A stretch of DNA of 59,266 nucleotides, the filler included. It is 6 parts of 6 records of this genome, joined end to end, with 100 filler letters (N's around TTAATTAATTAA, not from the genome) between each part and the next. Parts side by side here need not be neighbours in the genome. Positions count along the whole stretch, not along the records: positions 17,492 to 26,077 come from SRR22947727_2064; positions 26,178 to 37,766 come from SRR22947727_2066; 4 more parts are not named here. The stretch is one strand, 5' to 3'. Under the pieces are notes generated by a model. That model was not told where the DNA came from, did not search any database, and saw only the letters and a list, made by a program, of their open reading frames with translations. Position 1 is the first letter of the stretch. Every line of letters begins with the position of its first letter. Both the position numbers and the translations under genes were made by a program. Of this stretch, positions 21,428 to 31,972 are shown piece after piece.

Positions 21428-22285
21428 ATGAATAAACTTTTTTATATAACCTTAATAACTTTAACTATTTTTTTAACATCATGCAGTAAAGAAAAAAAAA
21501 TTACCGTCATTAATGAGACTGATATAAATTTACAAATGATTTCGCTATATGAGGAGGGCTATCAGGAATTATTAAATGGAGACACCCTGTATGCAGCAAA
21601 TAAATTTAGAGAAGCTGAATTAATTTTTCCACAATCAGAGTGGGCACCAATGGCATCTCTAATGTCAGCTTATGCCTACTATTCTGATGATTATTATTTG
21701 GAGGCAATCGATCAAATTAAAGATTATATGAGGAAATATCCAAATCATATTAATAATGACTACGCTCACTTTATTTTAGCTATGTGTTATTATGAAAATA
21801 TTGTTGATGAGAAAAGAGATTTAGAGCCATTACTTAATTCAAAAAAAGAGTTTGAGTTAATCATAAGAGAATATCCCGATACTGATTTTGCTCTTGATGC
21901 CAAATTTAAAATAGAGCTCATTAAAGATAGACTTGCTGGAAAAGAAATGTTTATAGGTAGGCACTATTTAAAAAGTAAAAAATGGATACCTGCTTTAAAT
22001 AGATTTAAAAATGTATTAGAAAATTATGAAACTACAGTTTATGTCGAAGAAGCGTTATTTAGATTAGTTGAGACAAATTACAAGATTGGTTTAGTTGAAG
22101 AGTCTAAAAAATACGCAAATTTGTTAGGATTTAATTATGGTTCCAGTGAGTGGTATAAAGCATCTTATAAAATATTTAATCAAGATTATAAATATGATGA
22201 AAAACAGCTAAAAAAAAATAAACAAAAGGATAAAAAAAAAATACTATCTAGATTTAAAGCAAAATTTAAAACAATTTTTGAATAA
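21428..22285 (+). CDS. bamD: Outer membrane protein assembly factor BamD (lipoprotein)
   Basis: Lipobox LTSC, TPR-like helices, LAGKEMFIGRHY, EEALFRLVE. Confidence 0.93.
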   Translation: MNKLFYITLITLTIFLTSCSKEKKITVINETDINLQMISLYEEGYQELLNGDTLYAANKFREAELIFPQSEWAPMASLMSAYAYYSDDYYLEAIDQIKDYMRKYPNHINNDYAHFILAMCYYENIVDEKRDLEPLLNSKKEFELIIREYPDTDFALDAKFKIELIKDRLAGKEMFIGRHYLKSKKWIPALNRFKNVLENYETTVYVEEALFRLVETNYKIGLVEESKKYANLLGFNYGSSEWYKASYKIFNQDYKYDEKQLKKNKQKDKKKILSRFKAKFKTIFE

Positions 22286-24316
22286 ATGAATGATGAATTG
22301 ATTAAGAAAGATTATTCTACAAAAATAAAAAAAATACAAAAATTAAACAAAGCTTACTATCAAGAAAACAACTCTATTGTAACCGATCAAGAATATGATC
22401 TCTTAAAAAAGCAGATAATTGATTTAGAAAAAGAATATTTATTTTTAAAAAGCAAACATTCACCTACAGTTTCAATAGGATTTAAACCATCAAAAAATTT
22501 TGAGAAGGTAAGACATAAGGTTCCAATGTTATCACTTGGAAATGCTTTTAATGAAGAAGATTTAAAAAACTTTGAAAAAAAATTATTCAATTTTTTAAGT
22601 TTAAATAAGATAAGTGTAGTGGATTATAGTGCTGAACCAAAAATTGATGGAATATCAGCATCATTAATTTATATTAATGGAAAATTTATAAAGGGACTTT
22701 CCAGAGGTGATGGAGTCGAAGGAGAGGATATTACTGAAAATTTAAAAACAATTAAGGATATCCCACAGAATATAAGTGCAAAAAATTTTCCTAATGAAAT
22801 TGATATAAGAGGCGAAGTGTTTATAGAAAATGATGACTTTAAAAAGATTAGTGAAAAATTTGCCAACCCTAGAAATGCCGCGTCAGGATCTCTAAGACAG
22901 AAAGATCACAATGTTACTGCTAAGATTCCATTAAAATTTATTGCTTATACCTTTGGTTATACATTGGAGATGAAAATTAATAATCAAACAGAATTTTTAG
23001 AAAATTTAAAAGTCTGGGGTTTTAAGACAAATCCATTTAATAAAAAAATCTCAGGCATCAAAAATTTAATGACTAATCATAAGAATTTAGAGGAAAAAAG
23101 AAAAGAAATAGCATTTGATATAGATGGTGTAGTTTATAAAGTTAATGATTTTAGTTTACAAAAAAGATTAGGATTTGCTGCTAATGCCCCAAGATGGGCC
23201 ATTGCACATAAATTTTCAGCTAATAGCTCAATTTCTGAAATAATAAATATTGAGATCCAAGTAGGAAGGACAGGCGCCCTAACACCTGTTGCAAAGATTA
23301 AGCCAGTTAATATTGGTGGTGTTATAGTTTCTAATGCCACACTTCATAATGAAGATGAGATTATCAGGAAAGATATAAGAATTGGGGATACAGTGACCGT
23401 TGAAAGAGCAGGCGATGTAATACCCCATGTTGTTTCAGTTGATATAAAAAAAAGAAATAAAAACTCTAAAAAATTTAATTTCCCTCTCATTTGTCCATCG
23501 TGTGGTAACAAAACTGTCAAAGATTATAATGAGACAACAAAAAAAAAAGATGCTGTTAGAAGATGTATTAGTGAGGGATATGAATGTGAAAAAATTGCAA
23601 TAGAAAAAATTAAACATTTTGTATCTAAAGAGGCATTTAATATCGATGGACTGGGTAAAAGGATTATCGAAAATTTTTGGAATTTAAAGCTAATAAGGTT
23701 TCCACAAGATATTTTTAATTTTAATTATGACAAAATAGAAAAATTAGAAGGATGGGGAAAATTATCTGTTAAAAATTTAAAATTTTCAATTGAAGAAAAA
23801 ATAACAATCTCTTTAGATAGGTTTATCTACGCTCTAGGAATAAGGCATATAGGACAAGAAAATGCTAAACTTATAGCAAAGCATTTAAAAACTGCTTATA
23901 ATTTTTTTAAATTATCAAAGGATAAAAATATAGAAATTTTGTCGAATATTGATGGTATTGGTAAAACTCAAATTCAGTCAATAAAAAAGTTTTTCTTAAA
24001 TAAAACAAATTTAGATGTGCTATCTGAATTGAAAAAAAAACTTAAAATACAAAATATGATTTTAATAAATGATAAAGGATTATTGAATAATAAAACTTTT
24101 ATGCTCACAGGTAAGTTAAATGGAATTAGTAGAGCAGAGGCAAAATCTTTAATTGAGCAAAATTCAGGAAAAATAATTAGCAATGTGAACAAAAAATTAA
24201 ATTATTTAATAGCAGGTGAAAAACCAACTATTAAAAAGATAAATACAGCAAGAGAATTAAATATAAAAATTATTGATCAAAAAGAATTATTAAAAATGCT
24301 AAATAAGATTGGCTAA
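22286..24316 (+). CDS. ligA: NAD-dependent DNA ligase
   Basis: EPKIDG active-site motif, FANPRNAASGSLRQ, QVGRTGALTP, zinc finger and BRCT domain. Confidence 0.97.
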   Translation: MNDELIKKDYSTKIKKIQKLNKAYYQENNSIVTDQEYDLLKKQIIDLEKEYLFLKSKHSPTVSIGFKPSKNFEKVRHKVPMLSLGNAFNEEDLKNFEKKLFNFLSLNKISVVDYSAEPKIDGISASLIYINGKFIKGLSRGDGVEGEDITENLKTIKDIPQNISAKNFPNEIDIRGEVFIENDDFKKISEKFANPRNAASGSLRQKDHNVTAKIPLKFIAYTFGYTLEMKINNQTEFLENLKVWGFKTNPFNKKISGIKNLMTNHKNLEEKRKEIAFDIDGVVYKVNDFSLQKRLGFAANAPRWAIAHKFSANSSISEIINIEIQVGRTGALTPVAKIKPVNIGGVIVSNATLHNEDEIIRKDIRIGDTVTVERAGDVIPHVVSVDIKKRNKNSKKFNFPLICPSCGNKTVKDYNETTKKKDAVRRCISEGYECEKIAIEKIKHFVSKEAFNIDGLGKRIIENFWNLKLIRFPQDIFNFNYDKIEKLEGWGKLSVKNLKFSIEEKITISLDRFIYALGIRHIGQENAKLIAKHLKTAYNFFKLSKDKNIEILSNIDGIGKTQIQSIKKFFLNKTNLDVLSELKKKLKIQNMILINDKGLLNNKTFMLTGKLNGISRAEAKSLIEQNSGKIISNVNKKLNYLIAGEKPTIKKINTARELNIKIIDQKELLKMLNKIG

Positions 24317-25993
24317 CCATCTTCTTTCATTTTTATTTAATGAAGATGAATACTCAGAGTAAATTTTTAAATGATATCTAAATAAATAATCTTTTTCAGA
24401 TTTGTTTAGTAGCTTGTAATTGATCAAATTTGTTTCTATGGGAGCAAGCGTAAAATTATTAAATAATAACTTATCTTTAAATTTTTTTACATATATCAAA
24501 TTTTCTATTCTAATTCCAAAATGACCTTTTTTGTAAAACCCAGGTTCATTACTCAAAATCATTCCTTTGGTTAATTTAATATTATTATATTTTGAAATTG
24601 ATTGTGGACCCTCATGAACATTTAAGAAAAAACCAACACCATGTCCTGTTCCATGTGCATAGTCTAAGCCTACTTTTTTTAAAAATTTTCTAGCTCTAAT
24701 ATCTATTTTTTTTCCAGTATTAATTTTATTTAAATTGGTTTGAACAACTGCAATATGTCCCTTCAAAACATTAGTATAAGCATTCATTATGGATTTTTTT
24801 TGCTTAGAAAAACAAATGGTTCTAGTAACATCTGTTGTACCAAATTTATATTGACCACCTGAATCAACTAATAAAAGGTCTTGTTTTTTAATCTTTTTAG
24901 TATTTTTAGGTGTTGCTCTATAGTGAACTATGGCCCCATTAGATCCTGCACCAGCTATTGTATTAAAACTTGGGTATAAATAGGCTGGATTTAATTTTCT
25001 AAATTTTTCCAATCTATTTTGTGCATCAACTTCTGTGATTACTTTTTTATTAACATTCTTAATCCAATAAATAAATTTTGTTAATGCCAACCCATCTTTT
25101 TTATGAGCTTCCATCATATGTTTTATCTCCTGCTCATTTTTAATAGATTTCAATTTATAAATTGGATCTTCAATTTTTAATAGTTTGAATCTTTTTTTAA
25201 TGATGTTTTCATATAAAATTGAACAAGACTTATTATCAATTATAAAATTACCTTCTTCTAACTGGTAGAATAAATTAGATAAATTATTTTCATCAACAAT
25301 ATATTTTGCATTTATTTTTTTTTCTTTAATAATAGTTTTTGTGTTAGATTTTTTAGTTATTAGATATATTTTTTTATTTTTACTAATAATCAATCTTGCA
25401 TTTGGTATTGGACTGCTAGGACTATCATAGCCTCTAATATTTAATAACCATGCAACATTTTCTGGTGCACTCACAAACAAATAATCAGCATTATTTGATT
25501 TAATAAATTTTACTACTTTAGAAATTTTTGAATAATGTGATTCGCCTACAACACTTTTATCCAAGGAAAAAAAAGGTTTTGTTTTTATCTTTTTAAATTT
25601 AAATATTTGATCGATTAAATTATGGTTTATTGCAGTTAAATTATTATTTGAAAAATATTTCTTAAGTATATTTTTTGTAAATAGACTTGGATCATAACCT
25701 AAGTTTAGATTTTTAATAATTTCATTTGGAAGTTTTTTATGAATCTCAATTATTTTATAATTATCTGAAGATTCTTGTTGAGCTTGAATAGTATATCTAC
25801 CATCAACAAATAAATAATTTTTTTTATTTAAAACAACAGCTAAGCCTGCTGAACCTGAAAATTTTGTAATCTTCTTTAATCTATCATTTATGGCGTATTC
25901 AGAAAAATAATCATCATTTTTAGGAACAATGTAACCATCAATCTTATATTTTTTGAATTTATTTCTTAAATTATTTATTTTTTTTATAATCAT
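24299..25993 (-). CDS. pepP: Aminopeptidase P (M24 family)
   Basis: FVDGRYTIQA, NGAIVHY, DSGGQYKFGTTDVTRT, HGTGHGVG, VHEGP, SNEPG, GIRIEN. Confidence 0.93.
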   Translation of the reverse strand: MIIKKINNLRNKFKKYKIDGYIVPKNDDYFSEYAINDRLKKITKFSGSAGLAVVLNKKNYLFVDGRYTIQAQQESSDNYKIIEIHKKLPNEIIKNLNLGYDPSLFTKNILKKYFSNNNLTAINHNLIDQIFKFKKIKTKPFFSLDKSVVGESHYSKISKVVKFIKSNNADYLFVSAPENVAWLLNIRGYDSPSSPIPNARLIISKNKKIYLITKKSNTKTIIKEKKINAKYIVDENNLSNLFYQLEEGNFIIDNKSCSILYENIIKKRFKLLKIEDPIYKLKSIKNEQEIKHMMEAHKKDGLALTKFIYWIKNVNKKVITEVDAQNRLEKFRKLNPAYLYPSFNTIAGAGSNGAIVHYRATPKNTKKIKKQDLLLVDSGGQYKFGTTDVTRTICFSKQKKSIMNAYTNVLKGHIAVVQTNLNKINTGKKIDIRARKFLKKVGLDYAHGTGHGVGFFLNVHEGPQSISKYNNIKLTKGMILSNEPGFYKKGHFGIRIENLIYVKKFKDKLLFNNFTLAPIETNLINYKLLNKSEKDYLFRYHLKIYSEYSSSLNKNERRWLANLI

Positions 25994-26077
25994 TTAATTC
26001 TTTTTTGATATCGTATCCAACCTGGGCTTCTTATTTCTTCATTGGCCTCAAAATCTTGATTAAATTCAAAATCATCA
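25994..26077 (-). CDS. C-terminal fragment, probably UvrD/PcrA helicase
   Basis: DDFEFNQDFEANEEIRSPGWIRYQKKN* resembles the SPGW-containing tail of alphaproteobacterial UvrD. Only 27 codons visible. Confidence 0.55.
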
Positions 26078-26177
26078 NNNNNNNNNNNNNNNNNNNNNNN
26101 NNNNNNNNNNNNNNNNNNNNNTTAATTAATTAANNNNNNNNNNNNNNNNNNNNNNNNNNNNNNNNNNNNNNNNNNNN

Positions 26178-27376
26178 CCACTCAGTTCTCCACCACCACC
26201 AAACTGAGCGGTAAAGCCGTAATGACCCTTGGTGCCACCGCTTATGGCGGTGACGAAACGAATAATCTCAGGGATGAAGATGGTAATTATGTAGGCGACA
26301 CGGGAACATCTTTCTCGTACCGCACCACCCTCAACCTCAATACGAGCTTCACCGGTAAAGATCTGCTCTACACCCGCCTTAGAACAGGTAATTTCAACAC
26401 CAACGCTTTCTCGGGTAAGGGTTACACCGGAAGTCAATCTCAAATCGAGGCCTCCAAGAGCAGTGCTAACAGCCTGAAAGTTGACAAGCTTTGGTATCAG
26501 TTCCCACTCGGAAATGATTTCCAAGTGTTTGCTGGTCCCCTGATTGAAAACTATTACATGCTGGCCGCCACACCTGGCGTCTATAAGCATGTGTTGAAAC
26601 AGTTCAAACTCGGTGGTTACTACGGTGCCTACGGCGCAAGTACCTCACCAGGTGCAGGTATCAACTGGATCGGCAACAGAAATGCTGATTACGGTGATGC
26701 CAAACTCAAAATTAGCGCCAACTATGTCGCTAAAAATGGTCCAAACAGTGACCCCAATAATGGTGGTATCGCTGGTGATCGTTCCAAAGGTAAGTTCCTA
26801 AGCCAAATCGCTTACGGATCACCTCAGTGGCAAGTATCAGCAGCCTATGCTTATTCACAGGCTGGTATGACAGTTGGTGGTGCAGGTACTCCCGCTGGTC
26901 TCAACAAAGGAGGATATTCAGACGCCAATCAGTTCAACCTGAATGCTTATTACCAGCCCCTAGATAGTGGTTGGATGCCTAGCGTTAGTGTTGGTTGGAG
27001 CATCACCAGCTTCAACGAAAAAGATGGTTTTACTGATGGTGATGTCACCCAATCACAAGGTTGGCTTGTTGGTCTGAACTGGCAAGATGCTTTCATGCGC
27101 GGTAATCGCTTAGGTTTCGCAATTGGACAACCTCAGTTTGCGACTGCTCTGAAGAATCAGGGTAAAGACGGCAATGGTTATGCAGACGATGGCAACTATG
27201 CTATGGAACTGTATTACGATTTCCAAGTCACCGATAACATCACTGTGACTCCTGCGCTGTTCTACTTGAGCCGTCCTTTCGGTCAAGAGACTGGATCTAG
27301 TTTCAAAACAGGTGGTGCAGGTGCAGACACCTTTAGTACCCTTGGTGGTCTTGTGCAGACTACATTCAAGTTCTAG
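26178..27376 (+). CDS. som: Cyanobacterial Som-type outer-membrane porin, 5' truncated
   Basis: TQFSTTTKL, LNLNTSFTGKDLLYTRLRTGN, DKLWYQFP, FQVTDNITVTPALFY, C-terminal QTTFKF. Confidence 0.93.
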
Positions 27377-27404
27377 AATCTAAATCCATTTAGGATCATG
27401 ATTG

Positions 27405-27429
27405 AGGAGGGTTTAACCCTCCTTTTTTT
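27405..27429 (+). terminator. Rho-independent terminator of the porin gene
   Basis: AGGAGGG-TTTAA-CCCTCCT hairpin followed by a T run. Confidence 0.85.
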
Positions 27430-27450
27430 ATTCTCAATTCAAATTACATT

Positions 27451-27480
27451 AAAAAAGGAGGGGCTAATAAGTCCCTCCTT
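27451..27480 (-). terminator. Rho-independent terminator of the small-protein gene
   Basis: Minus strand AAGGAGGGAC-TTATTA-GCCCCTCCTT-TTTT. Confidence 0.8.
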
Positions 27481-27504
27481 AAAAGCCTGAAAAGAGTTGT
27501 TCTC

Positions 27505-27744
27505 TTACCAGCAATTCTCACCCTCGCCAATCGGAATACAAATATCCTGCTCTGCTGCTTTTTTAGCTGCAGCCTTGGCATCAGCATCTTTCTTAGCTGC
27601 AGCATCGAGATCTTGATCTGTCGACCATTCTTGAAGGCCACCCGTCGTTGCTTGATCAGCTTGAACAGGGTCTACTATGGCTAGCTGACCTGACAATGCA
27701 GCTGCACTAGCAAGAAATATTGAAAGAGCAGATGTCTTTTTCAT
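27505..27744 (-). CDS. Small secreted hypothetical protein (79 aa) with C-terminal C-x8-C-W
   Basis: Sec signal MKKTSALSIFLASAAALSGQLAIVDPVQA|, mature part ends DICIPIGEGENCW, followed by its own terminator. Confidence 0.75.
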   Translation of the reverse strand: MKKTSALSIFLASAAALSGQLAIVDPVQADQATTGGLQEWSTDQDLDAAAKKDADAKAAAKKAAEQDICIPIGEGENCW

Positions 27745-27810
27745 GAAATTTTGAGCATACAACCTAGCTTAGTGACAACAGCGAAAGAGGCCGAATCTTT
27801 TTATACAGGC

Positions 27811-28473
27811 CTAGCCGCCTAATCGACGTAACAAGTTTGTATAAGCCAAGAAGATTAAATCAAGCTCGTCACTACGTCCATGCTTTGCCAGCATCGCTCG
27901 AGCGCCGCTTTCCAGTTGAAACAAACAAGTGCGGTCACTTTCACCCTTCACATAACTCTCAATCCAGCCCACACAGACTGTCCGAACACCCATTTTGACG
28001 TTGCAAACGCGATGCAACGATGTGCTGGGATAGATCACAATCTCACCTTGCTTAAGCTTAAAAGGGAAAGACTCAGAAAGACTATCGATTTCCAATTCAC
28101 CACCCTCATATCTTGTCTCATCAGTTAAAGATAGAGTAAAAGACAAATCACTTCTTCCACTGCTCATATAGGCATTGTCAACATGGGTGTCATACCCACC
28201 ATCCTTTTCTGTTTTAGAAATTAAGAATCGGTGGAGCTTGCGCGGAAGGCAAAATCCCTTCACGACGGGATGATTCCACATGGCACGTTCTACGAGCTCA
28301 TGAATCTCTTCTCGCAATGGAGACTCATCGTTAAGTTGTGAATTTCGTTTCCCCCCCTTAGCGTGAGCACCAGCGGTCAGCGAACCATCCTGCCATTCCG
28401 CTTCATGAGCAAGTCTCTCAAGCAAGCGTTCGCAGGTTATTGAGTCCAGTATTTGCAATTGCAAGTGATTCAT
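27811..28473 (-). CDS. piuC: Fe(II)/2-oxoglutarate-dependent PKHD-type hydroxylase (PiuC/YbiX family)
   Basis: WQDGSLTAG, YDTHVDNA (HxD), RSDLSFTL, YEGGEL, YPSTSLHRV, VGWIES, YTNLLRR. Confidence 0.9.
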   Translation of the reverse strand: MNHLQLQILDSITCERLLERLAHEAEWQDGSLTAGAHAKGGKRNSQLNDESPLREEIHELVERAMWNHPVVKGFCLPRKLHRFLISKTEKDGGYDTHVDNAYMSSGRSDLSFTLSLTDETRYEGGELEIDSLSESFPFKLKQGEIVIYPSTSLHRVCNVKMGVRTVCVGWIESYVKGESDRTCLFQLESGARAMLAKHGRSDELDLIFLAYTNLLRRLGG

Positions 28474-28580
28474 TGTTCAACCCTTGTATCTCTGGAAAAA
28501 TCGACGAAGCGTAGCCCTGTGACAAATGATTCAGTTGCGTCCCAACAGGCTTCTATAATAAAAGAAAATGCTTTATTGAG

Positions 28581-29585
28581 ATGAAACCTTTTTTGTTTCT
28601 CACATCTCTTTTGCCTCTAGCACTATTTGCGCCAGCTTTTGCGGCAGAAGAAGTCAGAGTGTACTCAGGTCGTCATTACAATACTGACCGTCAAGTTTAC
28701 AAAAAGTTTTCAGATCAAACCGGAATCAAAGTTCGCCTAGTTGAAGCCTCAGGGATTTCATTAGTTCAGAGATTAAAGAGCGAAGGTAAGAATACAAAAG
28801 CTGATGTCATTATCTTAGTTGATGCTGCACGCATCAATAATGCAGCCAATGCAGGACTCTTTGGCAATATTCAATCCTCATCTTTGGATCAATCTGTACC
28901 ATCTCGCTATCGCGATCCTAAGAAAAGGTGGTTTGGCTTAACCCGACGCGTACGCGCGATTATTGTTAATCCAGCACTCGTTTCTCCATCCTCAGTCACG
29001 TCATATTCACAACTGGCGAGCCCAGCCCTAAAGGGGAAAGTTTGTCTTAGGAAGAGAAAGAATGTCTACAATCAATCACTTGTTGCCGATCAACTAGCAC
29101 TAAAGGGAACAGCCAAGGTTAAAACCTGGCTGAAAGGTCTTACTAATAATGTAAGTCAACCCTATTTTGGTGGTGATATCGGACTCATTCGGGCTGTTGC
29201 CCAAGGCCAGTGTGGCGTTGGAGTTGTGAATCACTACTATCTAGCGCGCATGAGAGCGGGAGTCAACGGAAAAAAAGATCAGCAATTTGCTAACAAAGTA
29301 AAAATCGTGATGCCTAAGCCTGCTCACGTCAACATCAGTGCTGCAGCAGTTTCACGTTATTCTCAGAACAAGAAAAATGCAGTTAAATTGATCGAATATC
29401 TATCATCTCCTCAGGGAAGCGCTGGACTTGCAGGGCCAACCTATGAGTTCCCCTTAAAAGGAGTTGGCGGCTCAACCTACCTCAAAGGAATGACGAAATT
29501 CACTCCTGATCGAGTTACTATTTCGCAACTGAGTCGCTACAACAAAGAAGCGATTCGTCTTATGACCGAGGCTGGATGGAAATAA
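28581..29585 (+). CDS. futA: Fe(III) ABC transporter periplasmic binding protein FutA/IdiA
   Basis: Signal peptide, VYSGRHYNTD, ADVIILVDAAR, WFGLTRRVR, VYNQSL, VVNHYYLAR (Tyr iron ligands), HVNIS. Confidence 0.92.
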   Translation: MKPFLFLTSLLPLALFAPAFAAEEVRVYSGRHYNTDRQVYKKFSDQTGIKVRLVEASGISLVQRLKSEGKNTKADVIILVDAARINNAANAGLFGNIQSSSLDQSVPSRYRDPKKRWFGLTRRVRAIIVNPALVSPSSVTSYSQLASPALKGKVCLRKRKNVYNQSLVADQLALKGTAKVKTWLKGLTNNVSQPYFGGDIGLIRAVAQGQCGVGVVNHYYLARMRAGVNGKKDQQFANKVKIVMPKPAHVNISAAAVSRYSQNKKNAVKLIEYLSSPQGSAGLAGPTYEFPLKGVGGSTYLKGMTKFTPDRVTISQLSRYNKEAIRLMTEAGWK

Positions 29586-31119
29586 GCTTGTCTAAGACAT
29601 AACCAAAGAGTGCAGGATCTGGTTCAGCATCTTCCAGATCTGACAAGCCAAGCTCCTCGAGCCGGTCAGTAACTTTTTGCTCTAAGTCTGCTGGACGGCT
29701 CAGTGGCTCACCCCACTCATGATTTTTTTCTGGTCCAATTTTGGTCGTAGCATCAATGGCCATCCTTCCACCCAGGCCCAGTTGTTCGCTAGCAAAGTCA
29801 AGGGTGTCAAAGGGTGTATTTTCTAAGATAAATAGATCCCGTTGTGGATCAACTTGTGCTGCAATAGCCCAAACAACCTGACGTGGATCACGCACATTGA
29901 TGTGCTTGTCAACAACAACAACGAACTTCGTATAAGTAAACTGGGGAAGCGCACTCCAGAAAGCCATAGCAGCTCTCTTTGCCTGGCCAGGATAGGCTTT
30001 GTCGATCGAAATAACTGCTAATTTATAACTTAGTGCCTCCATTGGCAAAAAGAAATCTTTGATTTCTGGAATTTGTTGACGCAGTATTGGCGTATAAATT
30101 CTGTTTAAAGCAATGGCCAACATCGCCTCTTCTTTCGGTGGCCGGCCACTGAACGTGGTGAGAAAGATCGGCGACCGCCGTTGTGTCATGCAGTGAAAAC
30201 GCACCAAAGGTGAATCTTCCACACCACCGTAAAAACCCATGTGGTCGCCAAACGGACCGTCCGGGCCTACCTCTCCAGGGGTGATCGTTCCCTCTAACAC
30301 CACCTCACTGCAACTTGGCACCTGCAGATCAATTGTTTTGCAAGGGGTGAGACGCACACCTTCCCCTGCATAAATTCCCGCAAACAGCCATTCACTGAGT
30401 TGCACAGGGATTGGTGTTGCTGCTGCCATCACAAGCAAAGGGTGAACACCAATAGCGATGGCGACCTCCAGCTTTTTGCCCATTGCCGCCGCCTTACGTA
30501 GATGACGAGCACCTCCACGAACGCTCAACCAATGCACGGTCATGGTGTTGACCGATTGACGCTGCAACCGATAGACCCCCACGTTTGGGACTCCGGTTTC
30601 AGGATCTTTCGTGATCACAAGACCCAGCGTGATCACACCACCGGCATCACCCGGCCAAGGCCTGATCAGCGGGATTTGATCAAGATTGACGTCATCTCCC
30701 AAAAAGACCTGCTGACGGCAGGGAGGGACAAGATCGCGGTCTGGTCGTGCCTTCACCAGATCCCAAAACACCCTTGCAAATTGCTTGGTCTCCTTGAGGT
30801 CTTTTGGAGGCCTTGGTTGCTGCAGGATGGCGAGTCTGGATCCAAGCTCCTCGAGCTGTTCAGCCCGCTCCAAACCCATGCTCCAAACCACACGCTCCAC
30901 AGTGCCGAGCGTGTTGACGGCTACGGGCATGCTGGAGCCAATCACGTTCTCAAACAGCAGGGCTGGTCCACCAGCAGCAAGAACCCGATCAGCAATGGCT
31001 GCAAGCTCAAGATCTGGATCAACTGGCGCCGTAATCCGCCGCAGCTGCCCGCGCTCTTCCAGCAGCTTGAGGAAGTCCCGCAAATCTCTCGTTCCAGGGC
31101 CGGGTCCAATCAAAGCCAT
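29560..31119 (-). CDS. ubiD: UbiD-family decarboxylase (plastoquinone pathway)
   Basis: DLRDFL, GGPALLFEN, NVGVYRLQ, DGPFGDHMGFY, GRPPKEE, IDATTK. Confidence 0.94.
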   Translation of the reverse strand: MALIGPGPGTRDLRDFLKLLEERGQLRRITAPVDPDLELAAIADRVLAAGGPALLFENVIGSSMPVAVNTLGTVERVVWSMGLERAEQLEELGSRLAILQQPRPPKDLKETKQFARVFWDLVKARPDRDLVPPCRQQVFLGDDVNLDQIPLIRPWPGDAGGVITLGLVITKDPETGVPNVGVYRLQRQSVNTMTVHWLSVRGGARHLRKAAAMGKKLEVAIAIGVHPLLVMAAATPIPVQLSEWLFAGIYAGEGVRLTPCKTIDLQVPSCSEVVLEGTITPGEVGPDGPFGDHMGFYGGVEDSPLVRFHCMTQRRSPIFLTTFSGRPPKEEAMLAIALNRIYTPILRQQIPEIKDFFLPMEALSYKLAVISIDKAYPGQAKRAAMAFWSALPQFTYTKFVVVVDKHINVRDPRQVVWAIAAQVDPQRDLFILENTPFDTLDFASEQLGLGGRMAIDATTKIGPEKNHEWGEPLSRPADLEQKVTDRLEELGLSDLEDAEPDPALFGYVLDKLISIQPRS

Positions 31120-31184
31120 GGAGTCGAAAGGGTGATCAGGAAGCAATCTGGTTACTGTGACGCACGCTGATCGAGATCGTGGCC

Positions 31185-31925
31185 ATGAAGGTTTCCTATT
31201 TCCACGTTGCTGGTGACGTGCCAGACACCATCAACGGTTCAGACGGACCTGACGCCGCTGTTGTCATCGATGTCCTGCGCGCCACCACCACCATTGCCTG
31301 GGCCTTGCACAACGGAGCGGAAGCCGTTCAAACCTTTGCTGATCTCGATGAACTGCGCTCAGAAGCCAACGCCTGGCCCGAACAAAAGCGCCTATTGGTA
31401 GGCGAACGGGGAGGGGCAAAGCTCGATGGATTTGATCTCGGCAATTCCCCCGTTTCCGTGGTGCCCGAGACCGTGAAGGGCAAGCGCCTGTTCATGAGCA
31501 CCACCAATGGCACCCGCTCCTTGCACCGGGTTCGAGAGGTGGCCTGTGTGCTCACGGTGGCCTTGCCGAACCGGGAAGCGGTGGCAAAACGACTGATCCA
31601 GGATCAGCCCGAGCAGGTCTGGATGGTGGGAAGCGGCTGGGAAGGCACCTACTCCTTGGAGGATTCCTTAGCAGCTGGTGCCCTCGCCGAATCCCTCTTG
31701 GCCGCAGGGGCCAGCGTGGCTAACGACGAAATGCAAGCGGCACTCGCTCTTTGGGCTCAATGGAAAGACAATCCCGAGGCCTGTTTACGCATCGCATCCC
31801 ACGGACAGCGCTTGATTCGCCTGGGGGATCACGACGCTGATTTCCAACGCTGTGCTGGTCTTGATCAGCTCTCGGTGGTGCCAACACAGGCTGAGCCAGG
31901 CGTGCTTCGTGCCGTTTCTCGGTAG
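31185..31925 (+). CDS. comB: 2-phosphosulfolactate phosphatase family protein
   Basis: [40 protein letters not shown]. Confidence 0.92.
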   Translation: MKVSYFHVAGDVPDTINGSDGPDAAVVIDVLRATTTIAWALHNGAEAVQTFADLDELRSEANAWPEQKRLLVGERGGAKLDGFDLGNSPVSVVPETVKGKRLFMSTTNGTRSLHRVREVACVLTVALPNREAVAKRLIQDQPEQVWMVGSGWEGTYSLEDSLAAGALAESLLAAGASVANDEMQAALALWAQWKDNPEACLRIASHGQRLIRLGDHDADFQRCAGLDQLSVVPTQAEPGVLRAVSR

Positions 31926-31972
31926 CCGGACGGCAATAAGCCAATACCATTTGCCAATCGGAAAGGACGCAC

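Noticed and set aside
28474-28580. Fur or Crp/IdiB box between piuC and futA (TGTGACAAATGATTCA; AATAAA-N9-TTTATT)
   Set aside because: Only partial consensus matches; cannot be supported without a motif scan.
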